From contig CAVYXA010000001.1 of the NCBI GenBank assembly GCA_963772365.1, positions 1,312,001-1,376,000 of the forward strand: a stretch of DNA of 64,000 nucleotides. The letters run 5' to 3'. Within the stretch, counting starts at the first letter, position 1. Each line of letters starts with the position of its first letter. The notes under the pieces were generated by a model that made no database searches, had not been told where the DNA came from, and saw only the letters and a list, made by a program, of their open reading frames with translations. Shown here piece after piece: positions 19,990 to 29,555 of this stretch. The position numbers and the translations under genes are program-made. Source of the DNA: an uncultured Verrucomicrobiae bacterium. GTDB taxonomy: Bacteria; Verrucomicrobiota; Verrucomicrobiia; Chthoniobacterales; UBA10450.

Positions 19990-20442
19990 TCACGACAGTT
20001 GGCGCGACACTTCCGCGCTTAGCGTTTTCCCATCGGCTCGTCCGGCCACTTTCGCCTGCAACGCTTTCATGACCGCGCCCATTTGTGCTTTCGATGTTGC
20101 TCCAACTTCGGCAATTGTTTCGCGCACTGCTTTGGACAGCTCATCAGCGCTCATCGCCTGTGGCAGATAAGAATTCAGGATCGACAATTCTTCTTTCTCC
20201 TTCGCAGCCAGTTCGGGCCGCCCGCCTTTTTCAAAGCTCTCGATGGAATCCTGTCGCTGCTTGGCTTGTTTGCGAACCACCTGGGTTACCTCAGTATCGT
20301 TCAACTGACCTTCGGCTCCGGACTTCTCGATTGCCGCATTCTTCATCGCCGCTTTCAGCATCCGTAAAACGCCAAGCCTCGTCGCCTCCCTGGACCGCAT
20401 CGCCTCTTTCAAATCCGAATCTACGCGTTCAACGATCGTCAT
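19990..20442 (-). CDS. yqeY: GatB/YqeY domain protein
   Basis: DLKEAMRS..RLGVLRML..KQRQDSIESFEKGGRPELA..YLPQ..MGAVMK..GRADGK. Confidence 0.93.
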   Translation of the reverse strand: MTIVERVDSDLKEAMRSREATRLGVLRMLKAAMKNAAIEKSGAEGQLNDTEVTQVVRKQAKQRQDSIESFEKGGRPELAAKEKEELSILNSYLPQAMSADELSKAVRETIAEVGATSKAQMGAVMKALQAKVAGRADGKTLSAEVSRQLS

Positions 20443-20503
20443 GGCGCAAAGATTGTAGCGGCGGTCTGTGACCGTCGCAAACTACGGCTCCTAACTTAAC
20501 CGC

Positions 20504-21440
20504 TCACAAGGCGGCGAGCTGCTCGGCGCATCTTCGCACCGATTCCGCGTCGGTCACCGAAACAACATCCATGTCTTTTCGTGTACGCCTGAGCAATCCG
20601 GCGAGCACGCCGCCCGGGCCGAGTTCTATGAAAAAATCGCAGCCGAGTTGAACGAGGCGCTCCATGCAATCGGTCCAACGAACAGGTCCTCGTAATCTGG
20701 TCCTGCAATGTCCGGTGGATTTCCGGCAGCGTTTTGACCTCTTCGCCAGTTACATTGCTGATCACCAGAAATTGCGGCAATTGCATTTGAACGTCGAGAA
20801 GCGCCGAGCCGAATTTTTGATAGGCTTTTTCCATGAGGCGCGAATGATAGGCGCCGGCAACGTTGAGCATCGTTGCGCGACGCACGCCATATTTTTTCGC
20901 GACCCCGACAGCCGCTTCTACCTTGGCCAATTCACCCGAAATCACGATCTGCCCCGGCGCGTTGATGTTCGCAACATCGACATCTTCATCCGCCGCGAGA
21001 CGCCTGACATCGTTCTCCGCGCCGCCGATCAGCGCCGCCATTCCTCCCCGCGTCTCCTGACAGGCTTTGTCCATCAATTCGCCACGAGTCTGCACGAGCT
21101 TCAGGCCACTGGCGAAATCGAAGGTGCCTGCGGCAGCATGCGCAGTAAGTTCGCCCAGCGATAAACCGGCCGCGCCACCAATCGAAAGATCACCCGTTAA
21201 TTCGCGCAGCACTTCGAGGCAGGCGAGGCCATGAACGTAAAGAGCTGGCTGACAATTCGACGTTTTCGTCAATTCCTCGATAGGACCATTCCAGGCGATG
21301 TCGGTCAGTTTGCGTTCCAGAATTTCATCCGCCTGTCGAAACAATGCACCTGCCGTGGCGAATTGTTCCGCAAGATCGCGACCCATACCGACGGTCTGCG
21401 CGCCCTGACCGGCAAACAGCAATGCAACTTTCTTTGGCAT
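20504..21440 (-). CDS. fabD: Malonyl-CoA:ACP transacylase; one frameshift near 20690 (probable error)
   Basis: FAGQGAQ, CQPAL, GLSLGE, NAPGQIV, VAGAYHS; the other frame continues VRWTDCM...IELGPGGVLAGL. Confidence 0.93.
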
Positions 21441-21542
21441 GACACTTTGTAAACGTGTTTCAGGCCGATCGCGAGTCGGGAATTAGTAAAAGTGCTTGCG
21501 CGCAAGAGTCCACTCGCCAGCGTAAAAGGAACTGTCGATTTT

Positions 21543-22799
21543 ATGCCTTTCACTGTGCGCGAAATTGAATCGCCCGATCCCGTAACGCGCGTGGTCGCGG
21601 CAGACGCGAAGTTGCACGAAGCAGATCAGGACATTGGCGAGAAGATGGTTCTCAACATGGGACCATCGCATCCGGCAACTCACGGCGTGCTGCGACTCGT
21701 GCTGGAGCTCGATGGCGAAATCATTGTCAAAGCGGAACCGGATGTAGGCTTTTTGCATCGCGGCGATGAGAAGATCGCCGAGAACATGCAATACAATCAG
21801 TTCGTGCCTTACACGGACCGGCTCGATTATCTTGCCCCGCTCTCGAACAATGTCGCTTACGCGCTGGCGGTGGAAAAATTGATGGGCTGGGACGTCCCGC
21901 CTCGAGGCAAGACCATTCGAACAATTTGCTGCGAAACTTCGCGGATCTCGTCGCATTTGCTGGGGCTCGGTTCGATGGCGCTCGATCTCGGCGCCATGAC
22001 CGTGTTTCTCTACACTTTCAAAGAACGGGAAAAACTTTACGATCTCTTCGAGCTATTGACCGGCGCGCGTTTCACGACTTCCTATACGCGCGTTGGTGGC
22101 CAAATTCGCGACTTGCCGGACACATTTATTCCGCGGCTCAAAAAATTTCTCGATGATTTCCCTCCGAGCCTGGACGAGTGCGATAATTTGCTGACGCGGA
22201 ACAAGATTTTTGTCGATCGTACCAAAGACATTGGAGTCATTCCTAAAGATCGGGCAATCGCTTACGCTTTGTCTGGACCGAACTTGCGAGGAAGCGGAAT
22301 CGAACACGACCTGCGGCGCAAACATCCGTATCTGGATTACGAGCATTACGACTTCGATGTCGTGATTGGCAGCGCGGGAGATTGCTATGATCGTTACCTG
22401 GTGCGCATCGAAGAGATGCGTCAGAGCATCCGCATTTTGCGGCAGGCAATCGAGAAACTACCGAGTGGCCCCATCAATCTGTCTGATTGGAAGAACATGA
22501 CGCCGCCGAAATCGCACACGATGACCAAAATGGAGGAGCTGATTCATCATTTCATTGTCGTGACCGAAGGACTCGATTCGCCGCCGGGGGAAGTTTATTT
22601 CGCGGCGGAAAATCCAAAAGGGGAGCTGGGTTTTTACATCAACAGCAAAGGCGGCGGAGTTCCGCATCGCCTGAAGATCCGGGCGCCGTCATTTGTGAAC
22701 CTGAGCATTCTGCCGGAGCTATTGCCCGGCTGCATGGTGAGCGACATACCAGCCGTGCTAGGCAGTCTGGACTTCGTGATGGGCGAATGCGACAGATGA
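21543..22799 (+). CDS. nuoD: NADH-quinone oxidoreductase subunit D
   Basis: NMGPSHPATHGVLRL, GFLHRGDEK, DRLDY, ENPKGELG, ends DFVMGECDR. Confidence 0.97.
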   Translation: MPFTVREIESPDPVTRVVAADAKLHEADQDIGEKMVLNMGPSHPATHGVLRLVLELDGEIIVKAEPDVGFLHRGDEKIAENMQYNQFVPYTDRLDYLAPLSNNVAYALAVEKLMGWDVPPRGKTIRTICCETSRISSHLLGLGSMALDLGAMTVFLYTFKEREKLYDLFELLTGARFTTSYTRVGGQIRDLPDTFIPRLKKFLDDFPPSLDECDNLLTRNKIFVDRTKDIGVIPKDRAIAYALSGPNLRGSGIEHDLRRKHPYLDYEHYDFDVVIGSAGDCYDRYLVRIEEMRQSIRILRQAIEKLPSGPINLSDWKNMTPPKSHTMTKMEELIHHFIVVTEGLDSPPGEVYFAAENPKGELGFYINSKGGGVPHRLKIRAPSFVNLSILPELLPGCMVSDIPAVLGSLDFVMGECDR

Positions 22800-22828
22800 T
22801 TTGGGTTCGTGATTGGATAAATCGTTAC

Positions 22829-23128
22829 ATGGTTAAATCGAGAATTCGTTTCAGTGTTCCAGCGCGGGCTTTCGTACTCCTGCTCATGATCGTGCTCGGA
22901 ATTTCGTGTTCCAATAACAGGTTGCGTAAGGCCAATGTCGATGAAGTGACCGAGGGAATGTCGAAGAAGCAGGTCGAATCGATTCTTGGCCCACCCAGCG
23001 ACGTGGATAATACGGACTTCGTTCTTTCGAAAAAGATGACTTACGTTTACCGCCAGGATAACGGCACGGTGACGATCGTATTTAAAGACGACAAGGTTAC
23101 CGATAAATACAGCACCCTGCCCCGCTGA
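22829..23128 (+). CDS. Small lipoprotein, SmpA/BamE-like (start may be 22796)
   Basis: Hydrophobic stretch ending GISC (lipobox-like); GMSKKQVESILGPP motif. Confidence 0.7.
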   Translation: MVKSRIRFSVPARAFVLLLMIVLGISCSNNRLRKANVDEVTEGMSKKQVESILGPPSDVDNTDFVLSKKMTYVYRQDNGTVTIVFKDDKVTDKYSTLPR

Positions 23129-23136
23129 TTTCTCTA

Positions 23137-25119
23137 GTGAACTCGACGAGCACAAATGTTCCCGCCGAGTTAGAGCGGCAGATGGATGAGGCGATCGCCC
23201 GTTATCCGGAAGATCGACAACGGAGTGCGGCCATGCCGCTGCTTCATCTTTGGCAGGAGAATTTCGGATTCATTAACGGCGAAGCGGTCACGTGGATCGC
23301 GGCCAAGCTCGGTCTTCAGCCGATCAATATTCTGGAGCTGGTCTCGTTTTATCCGATGTTCCGCACAGCGCCGGCTGGCCGAACCCATATTCGGGTTTGC
23401 CGGACGCTGAGCTGTGCAATGGCGGGCGCGTATCAGGTGATGGAAAATCTGTGCGGGGCCACCCACATTCAGCGCAATGTCGATCGCGAAGGAATGCACA
23501 ATCCGATCTCGGTAAGCCCGAACGGACATTACAGCATTGAGTTTGTGGAATGCCTGGCCAGTTGCGGCACTGCTCCGGTTTGCATGGTTAACGAGCAACT
23601 GCACGAGGGTGTGCAACCGAGCTTCGCGTCAAATATTCTGACCGGCCCCCCGATATTGCTCTATGTGAATCCGTCGCATCCGCTCGAGCATCGCCTCGTT
23701 TTCAAAAATATCGGGAACCAGGATTGGACGACCGACATTGATTGTTATTTGCGCAACGGTGGCTACGAAGACTTGCGCAAAGCTGTCACGATGTCGCGGG
23801 AGCAAATCGTGAATGAGATCAAAACATCCGGACTTCGTGGCCGCGGTGGAGCCGGATTTCCGTGCGGAGTAAAATGGGGGTTCATCAAGCCGAACGAGAA
23901 GCGACCGGTTTATCTGATCTGTAATGCGGATGAATCGGAGCCCGGCACGTTTAAAGATCGCTACATCATTCACGAGGATCCGCATCAACTGCTCGAAGGA
24001 ATTCTGATCTCATGCTTCGCCCTAAACGCGCGAACAGCCTATATTTACATTCGAGGCGAGTTTCCCGAAGGCGCGAAGATTCTCGAACGCGCCATCGAGG
24101 AAGCGCGGGCGCATAATTTTTTAGGCGAAGATATTCTCGGGACCGGGTTCGATGTCGAGGTTTACATTCACCGAGGCGCAGGCGCTTACATCTGTGGCGA
24201 GGAAACGGGCTTGATCGAATCGCTCGAAGGCAAGCGGGGTTATCCACGAATCAAGCCGCCCTATTTTCCGGCGGTGCTCGGTCTCTATATGTGCCCCACG
24301 ATCGTGAACAATGTCGAAACGCTCTGCCATGTGAAACAGATCATCGCCATGGGCGGCGCGAAGTATGCGCGACTCGGACGGCCTAACAATACTGGAACGC
24401 GCATCGTTTGCGTGAGCGGCGATGTCCAGCGACCGGGATATTTTGAAATCGAAGTAGGCGCGGTCACAATGGGCCAGCTGATCTACGATTTGGCTGGCGG
24501 TATGAGATTTGGCCGCACGCTCAAAGCCGTCATTCCCGGTGGGACATCGGCTAAAGTTTTGCGCGCCGATGAGCGGTTCAAGCTCAAGGAGAAACAGCCC
24601 GATGGATCGACAATCGAGCGGGAAATGTCGATCGACGAACTCCCATTGGATTTTGATTCGCTAGCCGCCGCCGGATCCATGGCTGGTTCCGGAGGAGTGA
24701 TCGTGCTCGACGATTCACGCGACATGGTCTGGGCGCTCAACAATATCAACGAATTTTATGCTCACGAATCGTGTGGTCAGTGCACTCCCTGTCGCGAAGG
24801 TTCGCTTTGGATGAAGAAAATTACCGACCGGATGCTGCTAGGAGGCGGCGTAACGCAGGATCCACAGACGTTAAAGACAATCGGCGATAACATCGCCGGA
24901 CGTACCATCTGCGCGTTCGGCGAAGCTTGCGCCTGGCCGACCCAAAGTTTCGTCCAGAAATTCCCGGAGGAATTCGCCGCTCACGCGCAGAAAGCTTCGC
25001 CGCCGCCACTGCCGCCTGAGATCACACCGGAAGAATTGATCGAGAAAGAAAAAATTCCCACTGTTCCCATGGCACGCGATCCGGGCTGGGAAAAAGCCGG
25101 CGCCGCAGGAACGATTTAG
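23137..25119 (+). CDS. nuoEF: Fused NADH-quinone oxidoreductase subunits E and F
   Basis: N-terminal SFYPMF..VCRTLSC..ECLASCGTAP (NuoE 2Fe-2S); then SGLRGRGGAGFP, NADESEPGTFKD, YICGEETGL and HESCGQCTPCREG (NuoF) in one ORF. Confidence 0.95.
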   Translation: MNSTSTNVPAELERQMDEAIARYPEDRQRSAAMPLLHLWQENFGFINGEAVTWIAAKLGLQPINILELVSFYPMFRTAPAGRTHIRVCRTLSCAMAGAYQVMENLCGATHIQRNVDREGMHNPISVSPNGHYSIEFVECLASCGTAPVCMVNEQLHEGVQPSFASNILTGPPILLYVNPSHPLEHRLVFKNIGNQDWTTDIDCYLRNGGYEDLRKAVTMSREQIVNEIKTSGLRGRGGAGFPCGVKWGFIKPNEKRPVYLICNADESEPGTFKDRYIIHEDPHQLLEGILISCFALNARTAYIYIRGEFPEGAKILERAIEEARAHNFLGEDILGTGFDVEVYIHRGAGAYICGEETGLIESLEGKRGYPRIKPPYFPAVLGLYMCPTIVNNVETLCHVKQIIAMGGAKYARLGRPNNTGTRIVCVSGDVQRPGYFEIEVGAVTMGQLIYDLAGGMRFGRTLKAVIPGGTSAKVLRADERFKLKEKQPDGSTIEREMSIDELPLDFDSLAAAGSMAGSGGVIVLDDSRDMVWALNNINEFYAHESCGQCTPCREGSLWMKKITDRMLLGGGVTQDPQTLKTIGDNIAGRTICAFGEACAWPTQSFVQKFPEEFAAHAQKASPPPLPPEITPEELIEKEKIPTVPMARDPGWEKAGAAGTI

Positions 25120-25591
25120 AATGAATCAGGAAAGCAGGAAAGCAGGAAGATTACGAGACAAGGAACTGACGGATAGAATCATTGCCGCCGCTATTCGTGT
25201 TCATCGCGAATTGGGACCCGGCTTTCTCGAAGCCATCTATGAAGAAGCACTTGCCGTCGAATTCGCTTTGACTGGAATTCAGTTCATTCGGCAAAAACCA
25301 ATACCGCTATTCTATCGGGACCACCAAAATCGGCGAACACCGGCTGGATTTTCTTGTCGAGGACAAGATCGTGGTCGAATTGAAGGCAATCAGTGCTCTC
25401 GACGACATTCATTTTGCAATTGGCCGCAGTTATTTGAAAGCGGCAAATCTTCAAGATGGGCTTCTTCTGAATTTTGCGACCGCTCCTTTAATGATCAAAC
25501 GCTTTTGTCGTGAGCGTCCACTTCAAGATGAGGATGTCGATCTTGTTCTGTAATCCCAACCTTTCCTGTTTTCCTGCTTTCCTCATTCATT
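25120..25591 (+). mobile_element. Putative GxxExxY cassette bounded by 29-bp inverted repeats of (CAGGAAAG)n
   Basis: aatgaatcaggaaagcaggaaagcaggaa (25120-25148) matches the reverse complement of 25563-25591 with 2 mismatches. Confidence 0.7.
25121..25553 (+). CDS. GxxExxY protein (PD-(D/E)XK nuclease superfamily); +1 frameshift in an A-run near 25328
   Basis: IIAAAIRVHRELGPGFLEAIYEEAL, then RLDFLVEDKIVVELKA...YLKA...GLLLNF in the next frame. Confidence 0.9.
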
Positions 25592-25592
25592 A

Positions 25593-27314
25593 ATGTCCTC
25601 CGAAGCTTCAGTTCCAATTTTCAACGTCCAGATCAATGGCGTCTGGCATCAATTCCCCAAAGGCACGCGAGTGATCGAAGCTTGTGCGCAAGCCGGCGTG
25701 TTTGTGCCGCGATATTGCTATCACAAGAAACTGAGTTCGCCGGGTAATTGCCGGATGTGTCTGATTGAAATGGGCATGCCCAGGATGGGCCCGGATCGCA
25801 AGCCCGAGCTCGGCCCCGACGGAAAACCGGTGGTTAACTGGATGCCGCGTCCGCAAATTTCCTGTGCGCAGGAAGTTTCCGATGGCATGGGAGTGCGGAC
25901 CGATTCGCCGCTGGTCAAGGAATGCCAGCGCGGGGTGATGGAGTTTCTCCTCATCAATCATCCGCTCGATTGTCCGATCTGCGATCAGGCCGGCGAATGT
26001 GAATTGCAGGAGTTCAGCGTGGAATTCGGCAACTCCCAATCGCGTTTTCTCGAGAACAAAGTTAAGAAGCCAAAGAACGTAGAGCTGGGACCAAGAGTCA
26101 CGCTCGACGACGAACGCTGCATTCTGTGCTCTCGTTGCATTCGTTTCTGCCAGGAAATTGCGCATGACGACGTGCTTGGATTTGTCGATCGTGGGAGTCA
26201 CACCGTTCTCACTGCTCATCCGGGCAAGCGTCTCGAGAATAATTATTCACTGAACACAGTCGACATCTGTCCCGTCGGCGCGCTGACTTCGAGCGATTTT
26301 CGATTTAAGATGCGAGTTTGGTTTTTGAAAGAAACGAAGAGCATCTGCACGAGCTGCGCGACTGGCTGCAATACGATCATCGGCTCACGCGAAGATGTGA
26401 TTTATCGCCAGACCCCGCGCGAGAATGACGCAGTCAACTCCTGCTGGATGTGCGATTACGGACGGCTCAACTTCGATTATCTCGAATCGGAAAACAGATT
26501 GCTGGAGCCGCGCATCCGCGTGGGAGAGAAGTTTCACCCAACCGATTGGAACAATGCAATTACCCAGACTGCATTTCTGTTGCGTCAATTCTCGGGATGG
26601 GAAATTGGGATTCTGGCTTCGGGACGAATGACGAATGAAGAGCTTTGGTTGACCTCGCAACTGGCCCGCATACTGGGGGTTCAGTTGATCGACATCGTCC
26701 CGCGGAACGGTCCCGGAGACGATATTCTTCTGAGCGAAGATCGAAATCCGAACACGAACGGCGCGCGCCTTCTCGGGGTCACGTCAAATCCGGGCACGAA
26801 CCTGCCGATGATCATTGATGCGGTAAATTCCGGACGCGTCCAAGCATTGATCTCGCTCGGAGAAAATCCGATTGCTGCCGGAATCCCGGCCGAAAAATTG
26901 TCGATCCTGCCGGCATATGTGGTGATGGACCTTCTAGGAAATGCGGTAACAGATCACGCGACAGTTGTGCTTCCATCATGCGGCTTTGCTGAAAAGCGCG
27001 GCTCGATGGTCAACGGCAAGGGTCGTCTGCAGCGACTGAATCGCGCGGTCCGGCCGCCGGGTCAGGCGCGCGATGATTGGGAAATTCTGCGCGATTTGCT
27101 CCAGGCGCTCGGCAGCAGCAACGGCCTGTATTCCATCGACGACGTCTTCGCGCAAATGAGCCAATGGGTTCCGCAGTTCACGGGGCTGAGCCTGAGCAAA
27201 ATTGGCGACCTAGGCGTGCAAGTTATGGAAGCGCACGAATCGCCTCCCCCGCCCATCGATCCTGCCGCCAAAGACATCGAAGAAGCAGACTCCAAGAGAC
27301 CGACGGGTCGCTAG
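25593..27314 (+). CDS. nuoG: NADH-quinone oxidoreductase subunit G (short form)
   Basis: PRYCYH..GNCRMCLIE, NHPLDCPICDQAGECELQ, CILCSRCIRFC, DICPVGAL, CTSCATGC. Confidence 0.96.
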   Translation: MSSEASVPIFNVQINGVWHQFPKGTRVIEACAQAGVFVPRYCYHKKLSSPGNCRMCLIEMGMPRMGPDRKPELGPDGKPVVNWMPRPQISCAQEVSDGMGVRTDSPLVKECQRGVMEFLLINHPLDCPICDQAGECELQEFSVEFGNSQSRFLENKVKKPKNVELGPRVTLDDERCILCSRCIRFCQEIAHDDVLGFVDRGSHTVLTAHPGKRLENNYSLNTVDICPVGALTSSDFRFKMRVWFLKETKSICTSCATGCNTIIGSREDVIYRQTPRENDAVNSCWMCDYGRLNFDYLESENRLLEPRIRVGEKFHPTDWNNAITQTAFLLRQFSGWEIGILASGRMTNEELWLTSQLARILGVQLIDIVPRNGPGDDILLSEDRNPNTNGARLLGVTSNPGTNLPMIIDAVNSGRVQALISLGENPIAAGIPAEKLSILPAYVVMDLLGNAVTDHATVVLPSCGFAEKRGSMVNGKGRLQRLNRAVRPPGQARDDWEILRDLLQALGSSNGLYSIDDVFAQMSQWVPQFTGLSLSKIGDLGVQVMEAHESPPPPIDPAAKDIEEADSKRPTGR

Positions 27315-27330
27315 CTCGAAGGCAAAACAA

Positions 27331-28392
27331 ATGGATTGGTTCTTCATCATCGCGTCGCTGCTCAAAATCCTCGGGATTCTGTTTATCGTCATCCTGCCGA
27401 TGGTTTCCTACAGCGTTTATGCCGAGCGAAGGATAAGCGCGTTCATCCAGGATCGGATCGGGCCAAATCGCGTCGGACCGGCCGGTCTGCTTCAGCCGAT
27501 TGCCGACATGTTCAAACTTCTGCTCAAAGAAGACTTCACGCCGCGCAGTGTAAACACCTTCTACTACTGGCTAGCACCGGCACTGGCGATGATGCCGGCA
27601 ATCATTACGATCGCAGTCGTCCCGTTCGGCAGCACATTGTTCGGCGTTCCGATGGTAATCGCGGACGTGAATGTCGGCATTCTATTCGTCTTTGCGATCG
27701 CTTCGTTGGGAGTTTACGGAATTGTCATCGCGGGTTGGGCGTCTAATTCGAAGTATCCCTTCCTCGGCGGAATCCGTTCGAGTTCACAGATGCTATCGTA
27801 TGAGCTCTCTCTCGGCCTCTCCGTGATCCCGATTTTTCTGCTGGTGGGAAGTCTGCGTCTGACCAGCGTCGTGCAGTATCAGATCGATCATGGCTGGTTC
27901 ATTGCACCATTTGTCGGCGACTGGGCCAATCCCTGGAAATGGTTGCTCACAATTCCGATGGTCATCTCGTTCCTGGTTTTCACAATCGCGATGTTCGCGG
28001 AAACGAACCGGTTGCCATTCGATCTTCCCGAAGCCGAACAGGAATTAGCCGGCGGTTATCATACCGAATACAGCTCGATGAAGTTCGCCCTCTTCTTTCT
28101 CGGCGAGTATGCTGCGATGATTACCGGTTCCGCAATTCTGGTGACGCTGTTCTTTGGCGGCTGGTATTTCCCGGGAATCCCGGATGGCTCGCATGGCTGG
28201 ATCTTTGGCTTGCTGAACATCGCGGTTTTCTTTGCCAAAGTGACCGTCGTCTTATTTTTCTTTATCTGGGTCCGCTGGACGTTGCCCCGCTTCCGCTACG
28301 ATCAATTGATGCGGCTCGGCTGGCTTTTCTTTTTCGAAATTGCACTGTCAAATATCTTCATCGCCGCCGCAATCGTGGCTTTTGCTGGATGA
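27331..28392 (+). CDS. nuoH: NADH-quinone oxidoreductase subunit H
   Basis: ERRISAFIQDRIGPNRVG..LLQPIAD..KLLLKED; ETNRLPFDLPEAEQEL..GYHTEYS; PRFRYDQLM. Confidence 0.97.
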   Translation: MDWFFIIASLLKILGILFIVILPMVSYSVYAERRISAFIQDRIGPNRVGPAGLLQPIADMFKLLLKEDFTPRSVNTFYYWLAPALAMMPAIITIAVVPFGSTLFGVPMVIADVNVGILFVFAIASLGVYGIVIAGWASNSKYPFLGGIRSSSQMLSYELSLGLSVIPIFLLVGSLRLTSVVQYQIDHGWFIAPFVGDWANPWKWLLTIPMVISFLVFTIAMFAETNRLPFDLPEAEQELAGGYHTEYSSMKFALFFLGEYAAMITGSAILVTLFFGGWYFPGIPDGSHGWIFGLLNIAVFFAKVTVVLFFFIWVRWTLPRFRYDQLMRLGWLFFFEIALSNIFIAAAIVAFAG

Positions 28393-28409
28393 GTTCGAGC
28401 TGCCATTCC

Positions 28410-28506
28410 CCTGTCATGTTGAGCGAAGCGAAACATCTCCGTCTATTCTTCTGATGTATCGGAGCAGAAATGAACAGAGATTCATTGCTTCGCTCAGAAT
28501 GACAGG
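28410..28506. repeat. GTCA-ended REP-like inverted pair after nuoH
   Basis: cctgtcatgttgagcgaagcgaaacatctc...gagattcattgcttcgctcagaatgacagg. Confidence 0.8.
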
Positions 28507-28596
28507 CTAACAAATGCTCCGCCTCGGCGGGCAGCATGCGGTCGCGTTCCACCCCGAGCCAGCTTGAGAATCGACTAATTTACCGGATATTCTCCG

Positions 28597-29547
28597 ATGG
28601 TAAGTGCGGGTATACACTTCGGTGTCGATCTTGCCGAAGAACTGCTGGAACTAAAGCGCGAGCGAAACGCGGTCATTCTTGCGCACAATTACCAGGTGCC
28701 GGAGTTGCAGGACGTCGCGGATTACGTGGGCGATTCGCTCGGGCTCAGTTATCAGGCAGCCAAAACGGACGCCGATGTGATCCTTTTCTGCGGCGTCCAT
28801 TTCATGGCCGAAACGGCGAAGATTATTAATCCCGCTAAGCGCGTTATTCTGCCTGATCTTGATGCCGGCTGTTCCCTTTCGGAGTCCTGCCCTCCGGACA
28901 AACTCGCTGCCTTCTTGAAAGCGAACGCGGACAAAAATTATTACGTCATCGCCTACATCAATTGCAGCGCCGGAGTCAAAGCGCAGGCCGACGTGATTTG
29001 CACCAGCGGGAATGCGGACAAGATCGTCCGCTCCGCTCCGCCGGATCGCAACATTCTGTTCGTGCCCGATCAAAATCTTGGCGCCTGGGTGATGGAACGC
29101 ACCGGGCGCAAGATGGATTTGTGGCAGGGCACTTGTTATGTTCACGTCGAATTCACAGCTCGCAGTATCAACCGGATTCGCGAGCAGTATCCGGAAGCGC
29201 CTGTGGTCGCGCATCCGGAATGCACTTACGCCGTGCGAATGCTCGCGGATGAAGTCTGTTCGACCGAAAAAATGATCGTGTTTTGCAAACAATCGCCCGC
29301 CCGGGAAATTATCGTCGTGACAGAAGCAGGAATGTTACATCGACTCGAAAAGGAAATTCCCGACAAAATCTTCGTTCCCGGCCCCACGGAGAATTGTTTC
29401 TGTGGCGAATGCCGGTTCATGAAAATGAACACTTTGGAAAAAGCGCATGCCGCGCTGCTAAATATGGAGCCGGAAATTGTTTTGCCCGAATCACTGCGCA
29501 AGCGAGCTGAGGCCCCGATTTTGCGAATGCTCGATCTGTCCAAATAA
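28597..29547 (+). CDS. nadA: Quinolinate synthase
   Basis: ILAHNYQ, GDSLGL, FCGVHFMAETAK, AGCSL, CTSGNA, CYVH, AHPEC, CRFMK. Confidence 0.97.
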   Translation: MVSAGIHFGVDLAEELLELKRERNAVILAHNYQVPELQDVADYVGDSLGLSYQAAKTDADVILFCGVHFMAETAKIINPAKRVILPDLDAGCSLSESCPPDKLAAFLKANADKNYYVIAYINCSAGVKAQADVICTSGNADKIVRSAPPDRNILFVPDQNLGAWVMERTGRKMDLWQGTCYVHVEFTARSINRIREQYPEAPVVAHPECTYAVRMLADEVCSTEKMIVFCKQSPAREIIVVTEAGMLHRLEKEIPDKIFVPGPTENCFCGECRFMKMNTLEKAHAALLNMEPEIVLPESLRKRAEAPILRMLDLSK

Positions 29548-29555
29548 GCAATTCG

